The notes under the pieces were generated by a model. That model ran no database searches. It saw nothing but the letters and a program-made list of their open reading frames with translations, and had not been told where the DNA came from. Made by a program: the position numbers and the translations under genes. 64,000 nucleotides of DNA from a virus. Of this stretch, positions 45,836 to 56,790 are shown in pieces (within the stretch, counting starts at the first letter, position 1; the number at the start of each line of letters is the position of its first letter). The stretch is taken from the IMG/VR virus record IMGVR_UViG_3300036790_000408, positions 1 to 64,000 of that record. One strand, 5' to 3'.

Positions 45836-48800
45836 CTAATTCGGAGTCGGGAAGGCTACGCCGGCTTGCCCGGCAAGTGGATTGTTGCCGCTATTCGACG
45901 CAAACTCGGGCCACTCGGTAGCAAACGCCTTCAGCATCTCAATCCCCGCACTCGAGCCCCAGAACGACATCCACAAGCACTGACCGTTGGCAATGCCATT
46001 GTAGGCCTCGCTTTGAAACCAAGTGATGCGCTTGCGCAGATAAGCTGCCGCTTCTGGGATATTGGGGAAATCCGTGGCGGCAGGATATCCTGGAGCACCG
46101 TAGATATTAGTGCCTGTGTTCTTGCCGGCGCCATTGACACTGAGGTCATCACCCTCTGTCGCGTATCCCTCCGGAACGCCCCACATGCAACCATTCTGCA
46201 GCGCCCAGACCATACTCTCGAATGTGCCCCAGCCGCCCGACCAAGGTAGTCTGGTGGTTGGACTGGAGTTGTAAGAGGTCTGCTGAGACGAGCCGCCGCC
46301 ACCCCTGAAATCAGCCGCGTAGTACTCCGAACCGATATCGGCGAAGAAGGCCTGCACGCTCGCTGCGGTGCCGGTGGTGGAGAAACTCCCATTGAATGGA
46401 GCGGATGCAGCAAGAGCATCGTATCCATGCTTCAGATTGGTGGTGTTCGCGGCATATTTGTTGCCGAAATACAAATCCGGTCCATGCACATCGACCAGTT
46501 TTCCCCAGCCGTCAGCCGATTGGTATGAGGCTGTGTCAGGATAGAGTAGGCGCGGGTCGAACCATCCGCTCTGCAGGAGGCACGGCCCCCAGCATTTCCA
46601 TATGGTCATGCCGTTGGCTAGAGCGAACTGTTGCACGACATGAGCAAATCGACGCCATGCCTTAATGTACGCATCAGCAAACGCAGCTTGTCCGGTCGGG
46701 AGGCCGGAGATCGTTGTGGCAAAGCTTTGTTCTGACTCGCCTCCGTAATAGCCCCAGGCCGCACCGCCATTGGATACAGCCGCCGCTCCGTACTGCGATG
46801 ATCCAGCGCTTTGCCCACCCGGAGTGGTGGGGAGATTGTCCTCCCAACTGATACGAAGAACGATCGTCTTGTAACCGGCCGTCAAAAACGTCTGCATGTA
46901 ACTCTGGATCACAGAGTCAACGGAACCGGACGCGATCGAGGCGAAAGTCATCACGCCATCGGTGGTAGTCAGCGGAAGTCCGGCGATGGGGATGAGGTTG
47001 AACCCCAGCCCCGTCTTGTTGAAGGCCGGATAATTGTTCCAAGTCTGCAAATATCCGTTTATGCCGTAATTATATGCCCCTGAACTAGCAAAAGATCCAG
47101 TATACAGAAGCATATTTGTCGGCTTACAAAATGCCGACGTAAAGTTGCCAATGGCAACCGTGGCTAAATCCTGAGTGCCTTGGGTCTCGTCCCCTGGATA
47201 GGTCAACTCCATCCCCCAGCCGAGATAAGGCAGGCCGGCTACCGAGGTGGCGCCGCCAGTCGCGGGCGCGGCATTGACGGTGTACGCGACACCGAGCGAA
47301 GCGATGCCCGTGCCGCTATCCTGCATGTACGCGGTGTAACTGCCGGCGGCGGGGGTTGGAATGCCGGTGACCACCGCAATAAGATTGCTGCCGGACAGCG
47401 TCACATTGTAGCCGGCCGATTGAGCCGAGACAAAAGCCTTTGTGGCACCGACAGAAATCTGCACATCGGCCGCGCTAGTCCAAGGTAGCGTTCCCGTGCC
47501 TGTGAGGCTGAACGTCTGGCCATTCGTAGGATCTGGAATAGCGCTCACCGTGATCACGTCGGTCGGTGTGACCGTCGTCGTGGTCGAGGTGAACAAATCC
47601 AATCCAGTCATATCGACGTAGCTGTTGCCGGGATAGCGCGCGGCGGTCTGGGTGGATATCGAGAACGGCGACTGCGCCGTCCAGAGCCAGAGGATGTTCT
47701 GCAGGCCCTTTGATGTGGTCAGATAGTTCCAGGCATACTGCCACAGCGCGACGTACTGCGCGGCAGTCAAAAACTGGGTGCCCCACCAGAAGTCGCCGGC
47801 GTTCGATCGATAGAACGGTCGCAGGATGACCACGACGCCGGCCGTCTGGAGCGCCTGCAGGCCGGTGGCCACTTGGCTGAGCATGTTGACCAGGGCGGTG
47901 TTTGTCGCCGTCCCTGAAGTCAGCAGGTCGGCCACGGTAAGGGCCGAGAGATCAGTGCACACTCCCCCGGTCGTGGGGTTCGGCATCGACAGGCTTAAGG
48001 TGCAGATCCCACCCGCGTCCCAGTAGGTAATCGCGTTGGCATTGAACGTCGTCACCGCGGCGCCGGTGCCGGTCGGCGCCCAGTAATCGCCACCAATCAG
48101 CCCAAGCCATTGCCCATCGGCCGATTGGATCGCGCTGATAGGCGTCAACGGCCCAGTGCCGATGTACTCACCGGAGATCGAGCCGATGCCCTGCACCGAG
48201 CTTTGGATCTTGGCGAGCATGGTCTGGGCCGGCGTGTTGCTCGGCGGCGGCGTGATGGTTGACTGGGTCGTGGCCGTAACCGCCGGGGCGGACGGCGCCG
48301 AGTCGCCGACGCTATTGAACGCGAGCACCTGGAAATTGTACGCGGTACCCTGCGTCAGGCCGGTAATGACCTGGCTCGTACCCGGCGTCGTCGAGCCGTA
48401 GTTTGTATAGGCCGAGCTGGCTGCCGTCTTAAATTGAACCTGATAGCCAGTGACGGTGGGACCGCTGCTCGGCGGCTGCCAGGAGAGAGCGATCGAGTTG
48501 GTCGTGATCGCACCGACGCTCAGGCCAGTGGGTACTCCAGGCGACTGCGGCGTGCCTGGGACAGTGTACGTGACCAGAGCAGAGTCCGCTCCGTCTCCGG
48601 CTCCATTGGCGGCATAGACGACGTAGTCGTACGTGATCCCCTGATTGATCCCGGTCAGGGATATCGAGGTGCTCGTGGTGGTGCCGACGACAGAGTACTC
48701 CGCCGCGCCGGTCGGCGACTGCATGACGACGTAGGTGTACGGGCCGGAACCAGTGGCAGGTGGGGTCCAGCTCAGCCCGACGGCGGTGCTCGGAGCGGTC

Positions 48801-51800
48801 GCGGCTGCCGTATACGTACCGCCGCCATTACCCGCCGCGGCAACCACCAGCACAGGCACTTGCTGCGAAGCAATAGTGACAGTGGAAGACTGGACGTCGA
48901 TGACCTGCACCGGATGCGAGATCGCCGCACCAAGGATCCAACCGATTGTCGCGATCGTGCCGGTGCTGTCCCACGTGATACTGCCGCCGGTCGGTGGCGT
49001 GTCGGTGAACGGTGAGAATGTGATGCCGTTATAAGTAATGTTGCCGGTGGTATCGTACGGCGTGAAGTAGAGCGTGCTGATATTCGGCTTATAGTTGAAG
49101 GCGAACTCAACAAAGAACTCCTGCCCAGCCGTTTGATTGGGCAGCGACGACGGCATGGTGATGGACTGCGCGCCGGTGGCGACTGTCAGGCCAGTGACCT
49201 GACCCGGCGCCGTGACCGTTGGCGTCGAACCATGCCACGGCGGGAAAGTGCTCGGCACACCAGAAAATGAGAATGCTCCAGAGCCGGCGTTCAGCACCGC
49301 GACACCACCAGACTCACCGGTCGAGAAGCAGATCGAGAGCGGTCCGGAGACGGTGATCGGAATACCGCCGGTGCCAGTCGCCGGATTGGCTGTGGCGCTG
49401 TCGTTCCACGCATTCGACCCATAGGCCGCGCGCATCGTCGGGCTGGTGAACCATACCAGCTTGGCATCATCGTCCACGCAACATGTCACCACGGCGCCAG
49501 CCGCGTCGGCTGCCGGGGCGTTGCCGGATGGCGTCAGGACCGCGGCGTTGTTCTGCCGGATCGTGGTCGGCACAATCGCCGCCTGGGTGACGATGGTGCC
49601 GCCACCGGTTCCCGCGCCGGCGTCTGGGTTGGCTACGAGCTCCGGAAAGGCTGTGGCGAATGTGTTGAGCATCGCCTGCCCTTGACCCTCCCAGAAGGAG
49701 AACTGCAGGAAGACACCGTTGGCAATACCGTTCTTGGTCTTGTCCTGGAACCAATCGATCCGCGAGCGTGTGTAGGCGGCCAGGGTAAGTTCGTTGGCCC
49801 AGTTCGCCGCGCCACTAAACGACAGGCCGTTGTTGAGATTGCCTTTCGGATTAGTGCCGCCATCGTACTGGTCAAGACCACCGAACTCACAGAACATCAC
49901 GGCGAGTCCGTTCTGGAGGGCGAATATGAACGTTTCGTACATCGACATGCCACCCTGATATCCGATCGGGGTGGTCAGTGGATTGAGTGGAGCCTTGTAG
50001 CCGTCCGTCCAGTCAGCCCAGTACCATTTGGAACCTTCATCGGCGCCGAATTGCGCCTGCGTTGCTCCGGTCGAGGTGACCGTGCCGGCGGTGAATGGCT
50101 GCTGGTTGATGTACCCAGAACGAAGATTGGTGGTGTCGCCCCAGAAATTTCCGAAATAGAAATCCGGCCCAAGACAATCGACCAGTTTGCCATGCCCATC
50201 GGTCTGCACGCTATCGGGGTACGAGTCCCGCCAGTCGATGCTGTCGCTGGAGATGATGGTCGGGCCCCAGACCATGGTCAAATCCATGCCGAGGGACGCC
50301 GCATGCTGCTTCAGGTCATAGGCGACCGCTCTCCATGCGGCAATAAAAGCGTTGGCATAAGCAGTCCCGCCGCCGTAGAATGTCCACGGACAATAAGAAC
50401 CAGCCGGGTAATTACTTCCAGGAGAAGCGTCTTGACCAGCAGGAGTTGTGGGATAATTGTCCTCCCAACAAAGTCTTACTGCTATCTTCTTGAAACCTGC
50501 ATTATACCATAGAGTAAGTATGTTATTAAAGTAGGCGGTATTCTGATGAGCCGCTGCACTGGCAAAGGTGACCGTGCCATCAGTCGTGGTCAGTGGTAGG
50601 CCATAGATCGGGATGCATGGCTTGGTCAGGGTGCCGGGAATGGCGGCAGTCGTGCCATTCCAATACGGGTCAGCCTTCCAGCCATTGATATATGACTGGG
50701 TGTAATAGGTGATGTTGCCCTGGGTATCGAAGGCACCCGGATAAACGAGGCAGGTGCGCGGCGTGCAGAACTGCTGGCAGAACCAGATCCAGGTCGGATC
50801 CGGGGCAGTTCCATTACCCGGATAGCAGAGATCGACGCCGACACCCCAGAGCGGCAGACCCAGGACGGATGCGGTCGCAACCGAGGCCGGGACGTTCGCT
50901 GGATAGTAGCCGAGTCCATTGGCGTCGTTGCCGAGCTCGGTAGTGTTGAGCGAGAAGCTGCTGTTGACCAAGCCGATCGCGACGCTGTCCGACACCCCGC
51001 TGAGGGTGACTTCGAACGCAGCCTTGCCGCCACTGATCTGCTGCGCGCTCAGCACGCCCTGGCGGCTCGCGCCAACTGTCGATGAGCCGCCGGCGGTGGC
51101 TGTCAGGTTGCTGTTGGTGATGGCAATGGTCGAACTTGCGCCGGTCGGCTGCCATCCCGTTACCGTTGGAGCGGTCGCTGCGGTGGCCGTGGTTAGGATG
51201 GTCGAGAACGCACCGTCGCCAGAAGCATTGAATGCTTGCACCTGGAAGTCGTAGGTGGTGCCGCTCGACAGCCCGGTGATCTGAGCGTTGCTCACGGTCA
51301 CGCTCGGCCCGGCCGTAAAGGTATTCATCCCGGTCGGCGAGTACTGGGTGTTGTATCCTGTAGGCGCGGCTCCGCCACTGGGTGGCAGCCAGACCAGATT
51401 GACCGCGGTGGTGGTGGCGCCCGCCGACACTACGCCGGTCGGCACACCCACGGCGGTGACGATCGTTTGCGTCGTGCTAACGGTCAGGATCGCCGAGTCG
51501 GGGCCCTGGCCAACCGAATTGATGGCATAGACCTCGATATCGTACGAGGTGCCAGGCAAGAGCCCAGAGATCGTGGCTTCGAGGCCTGACTGTGCCGGCA
51601 GACTGGTCCAACTGGAGGCCGCAATACTGAACGAGATAGTCGCTTTGGCCACCCCATCCGTCACCAGCAGAGTATAGTTTCCGGCCGCGAGTCCAGAATG
51701 GATAAAGCTGAACGAGGTCAGTGTGACTTGCGCGCCAGAGGGCATGCTCTGGGCTGGGCCGCCGTTGTCCTCGTAGACCAGCGTTGGGATCGCGGTGTAA

Positions 51801-54145
51801 TTCGTCAGCGTTCCGGTGACGGTGAAGGCGGTGTTCGCCTGCGTCGTGCCGATGCCATTCAGACTGATGGCTGGGGCCGACGCGAGTGGACTTACCAGCG
51901 TGCCGCCGACCGGCAGCCAAGGACCGTTCGGACCGGTCTCGTAGTACCACAGGTTGGATGTGTTTTCGTACCACATCTGGCCGCCGACCCAGGCGATCTC
52001 AACGACGCCGGATGTCACCGGGGCGAGGGTCTGCGGCTGATTGTTCGATGAGACGACAAGGGCTGTGGCCGCCGTCGTGCTGGCCGCCGTTGCGGTGTAC
52101 GTTCCGCCGCCACCCGAAGTGCCAACCTGATAAGTTAGCTCAGCGCTGAGCGTGGTCGGGGTGGTGTTGGTATCCTCGACCTGGAAATAGTGAACCGCCT
52201 GCGTGCCGCTGCTGATCGGGATGGTGGCAATGGTCCCGGTGCTGTCCCAAGTGATCCCCGTGTTGGCGCTGAATGGGCCGAACACCACGCCAGCGGAGTT
52301 GGCCGAGTACTGGAGATTGGCACCCTTCACCGGCACGTAATCAAAGGCGGCTTGGACATAGAACGTCTGGCCAGCGGTTTGCTGCGGCAGGCTGGCGGGC
52401 ACAGTGATCGAGTTGCCGGAAGACGCGGCGACGCCGAAGATCGTCCCGGTCGAGACGTTCGTGCTGGGATAAGATGCCGCGGCACCGAATACCGTCGCCG
52501 GCGCGTCGGCCGAGGTGAAGGAGAACGCGACCGATTGGCCGGGCTGCAGCGGCGTCGTTGCCGTCCACTCGATCCCATAGCCGCCGGCCGCCCCGGTGAC
52601 CGTCGCGGTCCAGCCGGACGGCGTGCTGGGCGTGGGCAAGCTGGGTAGGTAGTTTTGGCCCGGTTGCCATGCGTACCAATAGGTCGCAATCGGCACCGAG
52701 CCATTGTTCAGAAGCGTATCGACGTAGGTGTACGTCGATCCCGACAGGCTGTTCGTGATGTTCGAAATGGCACTCAGGCCAGAGACACTCGTCGCCGTGC
52801 CGACCAAGCCATTGATCGCGACCTGCGCGCCAGCCGTGATGGTGTAGCGATTGCCCCCATTGTCCGTCAGGGAGCCCGTGGTGCCGGTAAGCGTCGATTT
52901 GTCTGGCGATGGACCGCCGGCAACCGCAGCAACCGTATAGGCGCCGGATGATCTTTGGTTGGTGCCGTCCGAAATGACGGTCGTATGGCTGCCCGAGGCC
53001 AGGCCGGGATGGGAGAAGCTGAACGATGTCGTGGTGACGACGGCGCCGGCCGGGAAAGCTGTCGGCACGCCCGCGCCATCGTCGGCATAGGTCAGCGTTG
53101 GCGGCGAGTTGTACCCCGAAAGGACACCGCTCATGGTGAATGGTGTCGAAGCGGCCGGCTGCGATGGTGTCGCGACAATTATGGTGGGCGTGGCCGGCGT
53201 AGTGATCGTGAAATTGCCGGTGGTGACCGAGATCGCAGTGTTATTGGCGTCGCGCACCGAGATCGTGTGCGCACCCGCCGCAAGCCCAGAGGGATGCGTG
53301 AAATTGAACGACGAGGTTGTGACGGTGGCGCCGGTGGGCAGCGCAACATAGGTGCCGCTGTCATCCCGGTACTGCAGCGTCGGTGCCGTGGCGTAGCCTG
53401 AGATCGTGCCGGCGACCGCAAAGCTGACATTCGAGGCCTGATTGGTCGGCGTCGTGATGCCGAGCGCAGCCCCACTGGTGGGCGTCGCGGTCCACTGCGG
53501 GATCCACGTCGTGCCGTCTGTGCTAGTAAACAGCGTCGCCGAACTGCCAGGATCGTCGATGGTAACCTGGCCGGTGACAACGAGATTGGTCGTGTCGACC
53601 GTGCAAGCGACAACGTCAGGGTCAGTCGTGTGGATCGGATTGGAGTTGCCGCGCCAGCACATCCAGGCCTGGGTCGGCAGTGTCGGCCGCACCAAGGCAA
53701 CCGACGTACCCACCGCGCCAGAGGCTAGGACCGGATACGATACCTGTGCCGACTGCAGCGCTTGACCAGACTGCAGACCAGGAGCAGCGGTATCGTTGAT
53801 CTGAAACAGCTTGGCCGACGACGCGTCGTAATTATACAGACCGATGGTCAGCAGGGCGCGCGGCGGACTCGCGCTGGTGGTGGCGAGGGTAGCGCTGCCA
53901 TGTGCCGTGGTGGCAGCAACAAAGACCGGCGGCGGACCGGCGTTGTTAAATTGCAACGATGCGATTGAGGAGGGAATGTAGGAGAGGTATCCGAGTCCGC
54001 TATAAGCGGTATTGATATTCTCCGGACCTGGATTACCAATCGTAATAATGTTGATGTTCGCCGTGATGGTCTGAGCGCCCGCCACGAGCGTGGCTGGCTT
54101 TGGCACCGACAAGGTGAACGGAACGTATGTTATAGTCCCAGACAT
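45836..54145 (-). CDS. giant (2769 aa) tail-associated protein with FN3, SPRY-like and three GH26-like domains
   Basis: FN3 repeats (GLTQGTAYNFQVLAFNSVG); RLCWEDN, RPFYRSNAGDFWWG and RISWEDN GH-A motifs. Confidence 0.85.
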   Translation of the reverse strand: MSGTITYVPFTLSVPKPATLVAGAQTITANINIITIGNPGPENINTAYSGLGYLSYIPSSIASLQFNNAGPPPVFVAATTAHGSATLATTSASPPRALLTIGLYNYDASSAKLFQINDTAAPGLQSGQALQSAQVSYPVLASGAVGTSVALVRPTLPTQAWMCWRGNSNPIHTTDPDVVACTVDTTNLVVTGQVTIDDPGSSATLFTSTDGTTWIPQWTATPTSGAALGITTPTNQASNVSFAVAGTISGYATAPTLQYRDDSGTYVALPTGATVTTSSFNFTHPSGLAAGAHTISVRDANNTAISVTTGNFTITTPATPTIIVATPSQPAASTPFTMSGVLSGYNSPPTLTYADDGAGVPTAFPAGAVVTTTSFSFSHPGLASGSHTTVISDGTNQRSSGAYTVAAVAGGPSPDKSTLTGTTGSLTDNGGNRYTITAGAQVAINGLVGTATSVSGLSAISNITNSLSGSTYTYVDTLLNNGSVPIATYWYAWQPGQNYLPSLPTPSTPSGWTATVTGAAGGYGIEWTATTPLQPGQSVAFSFTSADAPATVFGAAASYPSTNVSTGTIFGVAASSGNSITVPASLPQQTAGQTFYVQAAFDYVPVKGANLQYSANSAGVVFGPFSANTGITWDSTGTIATIPISSGTQAVHYFQVEDTNTTPTTLSAELTYQVGTSGGGGTYTATAASTTAATALVVSSNNQPQTLAPVTSGVVEIAWVGGQMWYENTSNLWYYETGPNGPWLPVGGTLVSPLASAPAISLNGIGTTQANTAFTVTGTLTNYTAIPTLVYEDNGGPAQSMPSGAQVTLTSFSFIHSGLAAGNYTLLVTDGVAKATISFSIAASSWTSLPAQSGLEATISGLLPGTSYDIEVYAINSVGQGPDSAILTVSTTQTIVTAVGVPTGVVSAGATTTAVNLVWLPPSGGAAPTGYNTQYSPTGMNTFTAGPSVTVSNAQITGLSSGTTYDFQVQAFNASGDGAFSTILTTATAATAPTVTGWQPTGASSTIAITNSNLTATAGGSSTVGASRQGVLSAQQISGGKAAFEVTLSGVSDSVAIGLVNSSFSLNTTELGNDANGLGYYPANVPASVATASVLGLPLWGVGVDLCYPGNGTAPDPTWIWFCQQFCTPRTCLVYPGAFDTQGNITYYTQSYINGWKADPYWNGTTAAIPGTLTKPCIPIYGLPLTTTDGTVTFASAAAHQNTAYFNNILTLWYNAGFKKIAVRLCWEDNYPTTPAGQDASPGSNYPAGSYCPWTFYGGGTAYANAFIAAWRAVAYDLKQHAASLGMDLTMVWGPTIISSDSIDWRDSYPDSVQTDGHGKLVDCLGPDFYFGNFWGDTTNLRSGYINQQPFTAGTVTSTGATQAQFGADEGSKWYWADWTDGYKAPLNPLTTPIGYQGGMSMYETFIFALQNGLAVMFCEFGGLDQYDGGTNPKGNLNNGLSFSGAANWANELTLAAYTRSRIDWFQDKTKNGIANGVFLQFSFWEGQGQAMLNTFATAFPELVANPDAGAGTGGGTIVTQAAIVPTTIRQNNAAVLTPSGNAPAADAAGAVVTCCVDDDAKLVWFTSPTMRAAYGSNAWNDSATANPATGTGGIPITVSGPLSICFSTGESGGVAVLNAGSGAFSFSGVPSTFPPWHGSTPTVTAPGQVTGLTVATGAQSITMPSSLPNQTAGQEFFVEFAFNYKPNISTLYFTPYDTTGNITYNGITFSPFTDTPPTGGSITWDSTGTIATIGWILGAAISHPVQVIDVQSSTVTIASQQVPVLVVAAAGNGGGTYTAAATAPSTAVGLSWTPPATGSGPYTYVVMQSPTGAAEYSVVGTTTSTSISLTGINQGITYDYVVYAANGAGDGADSALVTYTVPGTPQSPGVPTGLSVGAITTNSIALSWQPPSSGPTVTGYQVQFKTAASSAYTNYGSTTPGTSQVITGLTQGTAYNFQVLAFNSVGDSAPSAPAVTATTQSTITPPPSNTPAQTMLAKIQSSVQGIGSISGEYIGTGPLTPISAIQSADGQWLGLIGGDYWAPTGTGAAVTTFNANAITYWDAGGICTLSLSMPNPTTGGVCTDLSALTVADLLTSGTATNTALVNMLSQVATGLQALQTAGVVVILRPFYRSNAGDFWWGTQFLTAAQYVALWQYAWNYLTTSKGLQNILWLWTAQSPFSISTQTAARYPGNSYVDMTGLDLFTSTTTTVTPTDVITVSAIPDPTNGQTFSLTGTGTLPWTSAADVQISVGATKAFVSAQSAGYNVTLSGSNLIAVVTGIPTPAAGSYTAYMQDSGTGIASLGVAYTVNAAPATGGATSVAGLPYLGWGMELTYPGDETQGTQDLATVAIGNFTSAFCKPTNMLLYTGSFASSGAYNYGINGYLQTWNNYPAFNKTGLGFNLIPIAGLPLTTTDGVMTFASIASGSVDSVIQSYMQTFLTAGYKTIVLRISWEDNLPTTPGGQSAGSSQYGAAAVSNGGAAWGYYGGESEQSFATTISGLPTGQAAFADAYIKAWRRFAHVVQQFALANGMTIWKCWGPCLLQSGWFDPRLLYPDTASYQSADGWGKLVDVHGPDLYFGNKYAANTTNLKHGYDALAASAPFNGSFSTTGTAASVQAFFADIGSEYYAADFRGGGGSSQQTSYNSSPTTRLPWSGGWGTFESMVWALQNGCMWGVPEGYATEGDDLSVNGAGKNTGTNIYGAPGYPAATDFPNIPEAAAYLRKRITWFQSEAYNGIANGQCLWMSFWGSSAGIEMLKAFATEWPEFASNSGNNPLAGQAGVAFPTPN

Positions 54146-54160
54146 GCAGTTTCCTTCGTC

Positions 54161-54922
54161 CTACGGCGTTGGACGATACTGAACGACGTACGTAAATGGA
54201 GGAGTTCCCGACGCCGGCGGGCTCCAGTCCACGGTGAGGTCATTGTTGTCGGCTGAGACCAGGGCGAGGTTCAGCGGCGCGCTTGGGGCGATGGCTCCTG
54301 AGGCTGTCGCCACATTGGATAATGTGGATGACGCCGAGCCTGAGCCTGCGGTATTCGATGCAACGACGTAAAAATCATAGGCATCGCCCTGCGTCAGGCC
54401 GGTGATCTGCTCGGTTGTGGCTGAAACCGCCGAACCCATCGGCGAGAAGCTGTTCGCTCCATGCAGCGAGCCATAGACCTGATAGGTGAATGGCGTAGTG
54501 CCTGTGGTTGGTGCCGTCCATTGTAGAGTGACCGAATTCGGTCCTGGATTGCCGACAACGGCCACTGCGGTCGGCGCACTCGGCGCGAGTCCGGATGTCG
54601 TTGCCGACACGCTGGTGGATGCCGTGGTGCCGCTGGCATTCAGCGAGAGCACCTGGAAATTGTAACTGGTGTTCGACGCTAGCCCGAAAATTTGCAACGA
54701 AGCGACCGTGATCAGGCTGCCGATATTGTTCCACGTCGACGATCCGGAAACCTGCTGCTGCACCTGGTATTCGAATGGTCCACTGCCGGTGACAGGAGGG
54801 GTCCATGACAGTGTCAAACCGGTTGGGGTGACACTCGATATGGTCAGATTGGTGGCTGATCCAGGCACGACACCAAGGTCAGGCGTCGTCACCTGCAAGA
54901 TGGGTGACGTACTGGTTCCCAT
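54161..54922 (-). CDS. FN3-repeat structural protein
   Basis: About 2.5 FN3 repeats (LTLSWTPP, GLASNTSYNFQV, GLTQGDAYDFYV). Confidence 0.85.
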   Translation of the reverse strand: MGTSTSPILQVTTPDLGVVPGSATNLTISSVTPTGLTLSWTPPVTGSGPFEYQVQQQVSGSSTWNNIGSLITVASLQIFGLASNTSYNFQVLSLNASGTTASTSVSATTSGLAPSAPTAVAVVGNPGPNSVTLQWTAPTTGTTPFTYQVYGSLHGANSFSPMGSAVSATTEQITGLTQGDAYDFYVVASNTAGSGSASSTLSNVATASGAIAPSAPLNLALVSADNNDLTVDWSPPASGTPPFTYVVQYRPTP

Positions 54923-55006
54923 AGAGGATTTCCTATATAAAACGAGGCGCCGAGACCTGCCAGGGTCTCGGGCGCCTCTAACCACCAATCCTTGACGGAG
55001 GACTGA

Positions 55007-55561
55007 ATGGCTGTGTCGATATTACCATCCGCAGAATACCTGCGCGAATGCTTCCTGTATGATGCCGAAACCGGCAATCTGATTTGGCTAGAGCGCCCAA
55101 TGTCTCACTTTAGTTTGGCGCGCATGGCTAAACGAGCCAATACGATGTGGGCTGGTAAGGTGGCTGGATACAAACGGATCCAGGACGGAAGGACCGTCAT
55201 AGCCGTGAGTCTCAACACGGATTTATTTTTGGCACACCGCATCATCTGGAAAATGATCATAGGAGAAGAGCCGCCCCTGGAACTTGATCATGAGGATCGA
55301 GATCCAACCAATAACAAGTGGTACAACCTTCGAGTAGCAAATAGATCACAGCAATCCTGGAACAGGAAGCGCCACTTCGATAACAAGAGTGGAGCAAAGG
55401 GTGTTCACTGGTATCCAAAAACCAAGAAATGGGTAGCCCAAATTCAAGTTCACGGGAAGAAGATATTCCTCGGCTATCATCCCTCTATTGAGGGGGCTCA
55501 TAAAGCCTACGTGGATGCCGCAAAAAAGTATTTCGGCGACTATTGGTCAGACGGATCCTAG
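55007..55561 (+). CDS. HNH endonuclease with AP2 DNA-binding domain
   Basis: AHRIIWKM...LDHEDRDPTNNKWYNLR...N; SGAKGVHW...KWVAQI...LGYH...AHKAY; GGAGG RBS. Confidence 0.93.
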   Translation: MAVSILPSAEYLRECFLYDAETGNLIWLERPMSHFSLARMAKRANTMWAGKVAGYKRIQDGRTVIAVSLNTDLFLAHRIIWKMIIGEEPPLELDHEDRDPTNNKWYNLRVANRSQQSWNRKRHFDNKSGAKGVHWYPKTKKWVAQIQVHGKKIFLGYHPSIEGAHKAYVDAAKKYFGDYWSDGS

Positions 55562-56790
55562 AGGTTCGTTGTTACGACTTCAAAATCGTATTCCTGATCC
55601 GGAAGAAGATTTATTACGGTCACCGTAAGGGCGCTCATTCCGACGAACAAATTCTGCCAAACCGTTGTGCCAGTCTGACGATAGTTCACCGAGTACGTGA
55701 ACGGGAGAGTCCCGACGGTAGGTGGCTCCCACTCCAGCGTGACAGCGGTCGCCTGTACCAAGAGAGCGGAGAGGTCTTGCGCTGGCCCTGGCGGGATGAG
55801 CGCCGTTTGCACGGTGATTGGAGCCGACGTGCTGGCACCGGCCGAATTTCTGACGACGATCTCGAAATCATAGACCGCGCCAGGTGTCAGGCCGGTGATC
55901 GTCGCATTGGCCGAAGTGATGGTCGGGCCCGAATAAAATTGCGTGGTGCCATCGACCCGATAGAGCACGACAAAGGTGTACGGCGGCGTGCCGATCGTAG
56001 GGACGTCCCAGGTCAACGCAACGCTGGTGGTGCCAAGGATCTGCCCAGACAGGTTCAGCGCGGGGCCAGGAGGCGTCAGGCCAGTGACGGATTGCAGAGC
56101 GGCCTGGGATAGCAGCTTGACCCAGATCGTTGTGCCATAGGCCCTTAGGCGATTGAGCGTGTTGTTGAGGGCGTCCACGTCAGCCGCCTGGATAATGCCA
56201 AAGAAGTACCCCGGCACGTTCCAGTAGGCGGTTCCCCAGGTCAGAATGGGGTTGTTGGCACCGATCGCCGAAATCGATGGGGGGGTGGTCTCGATGTATC
56301 CTTGGTAGCGCGTGCTGCCGGCCCAGCGTGCCGGATTAGCAACCGTATCCACGCCCCAATAGCTGTTGGCTCCCCACCCGCCGGTATCGGTGGGGTTCCA
56401 GGGCTCCATCATGCGGGGCAGTTGCCCGGTCAGATCGATTAGAGCGTTTTGCAGGGCTTGTCTGGTTGCCGCGGGCTGGAAAAGCTGGGCAATGATCTCG
56501 GAAGCGAACGTGGCATCCGAGGCGCCGGCCGGTCGAGGAAGTGTGCCGCCGAGAAAATCGATTGAGGCCAGGTCAAGCTCGGGGGATGTCGCTGTGCCGA
56601 TCCGCTCAGCGCCTAGAGCGTACTGGATCTCCGATTGCACGAACTGAATTTGCTGCGCGACGGAAAGCAAGAGAGCAAAGACGTTGCCGGATTGCTTGGC
56701 ATCGTCGCCTGCCCATCCTCGGGGGAATAGATCAGCCAGGCGGTTGACGAATTGCTGCGGGCTGATGGTCGGTATCAGGGTGCCGGACAT
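55558..56790 (-). CDS. baseplate wedge protein with C-terminal FN3 repeats
   Basis: Follows baseplate J; ERIGTATSPELDLASIDFLG; two FN3 repeats. Confidence 0.75.
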   Translation of the reverse strand: MSGTLIPTISPQQFVNRLADLFPRGWAGDDAKQSGNVFALLLSVAQQIQFVQSEIQYALGAERIGTATSPELDLASIDFLGGTLPRPAGASDATFASEIIAQLFQPAATRQALQNALIDLTGQLPRMMEPWNPTDTGGWGANSYWGVDTVANPARWAGSTRYQGYIETTPPSISAIGANNPILTWGTAYWNVPGYFFGIIQAADVDALNNTLNRLRAYGTTIWVKLLSQAALQSVTGLTPPGPALNLSGQILGTTSVALTWDVPTIGTPPYTFVVLYRVDGTTQFYSGPTITSANATITGLTPGAVYDFEIVVRNSAGASTSAPITVQTALIPPGPAQDLSALLVQATAVTLEWEPPTVGTLPFTYSVNYRQTGTTVWQNLFVGMSALTVTVINLLPDQEYDFEVVTTNL

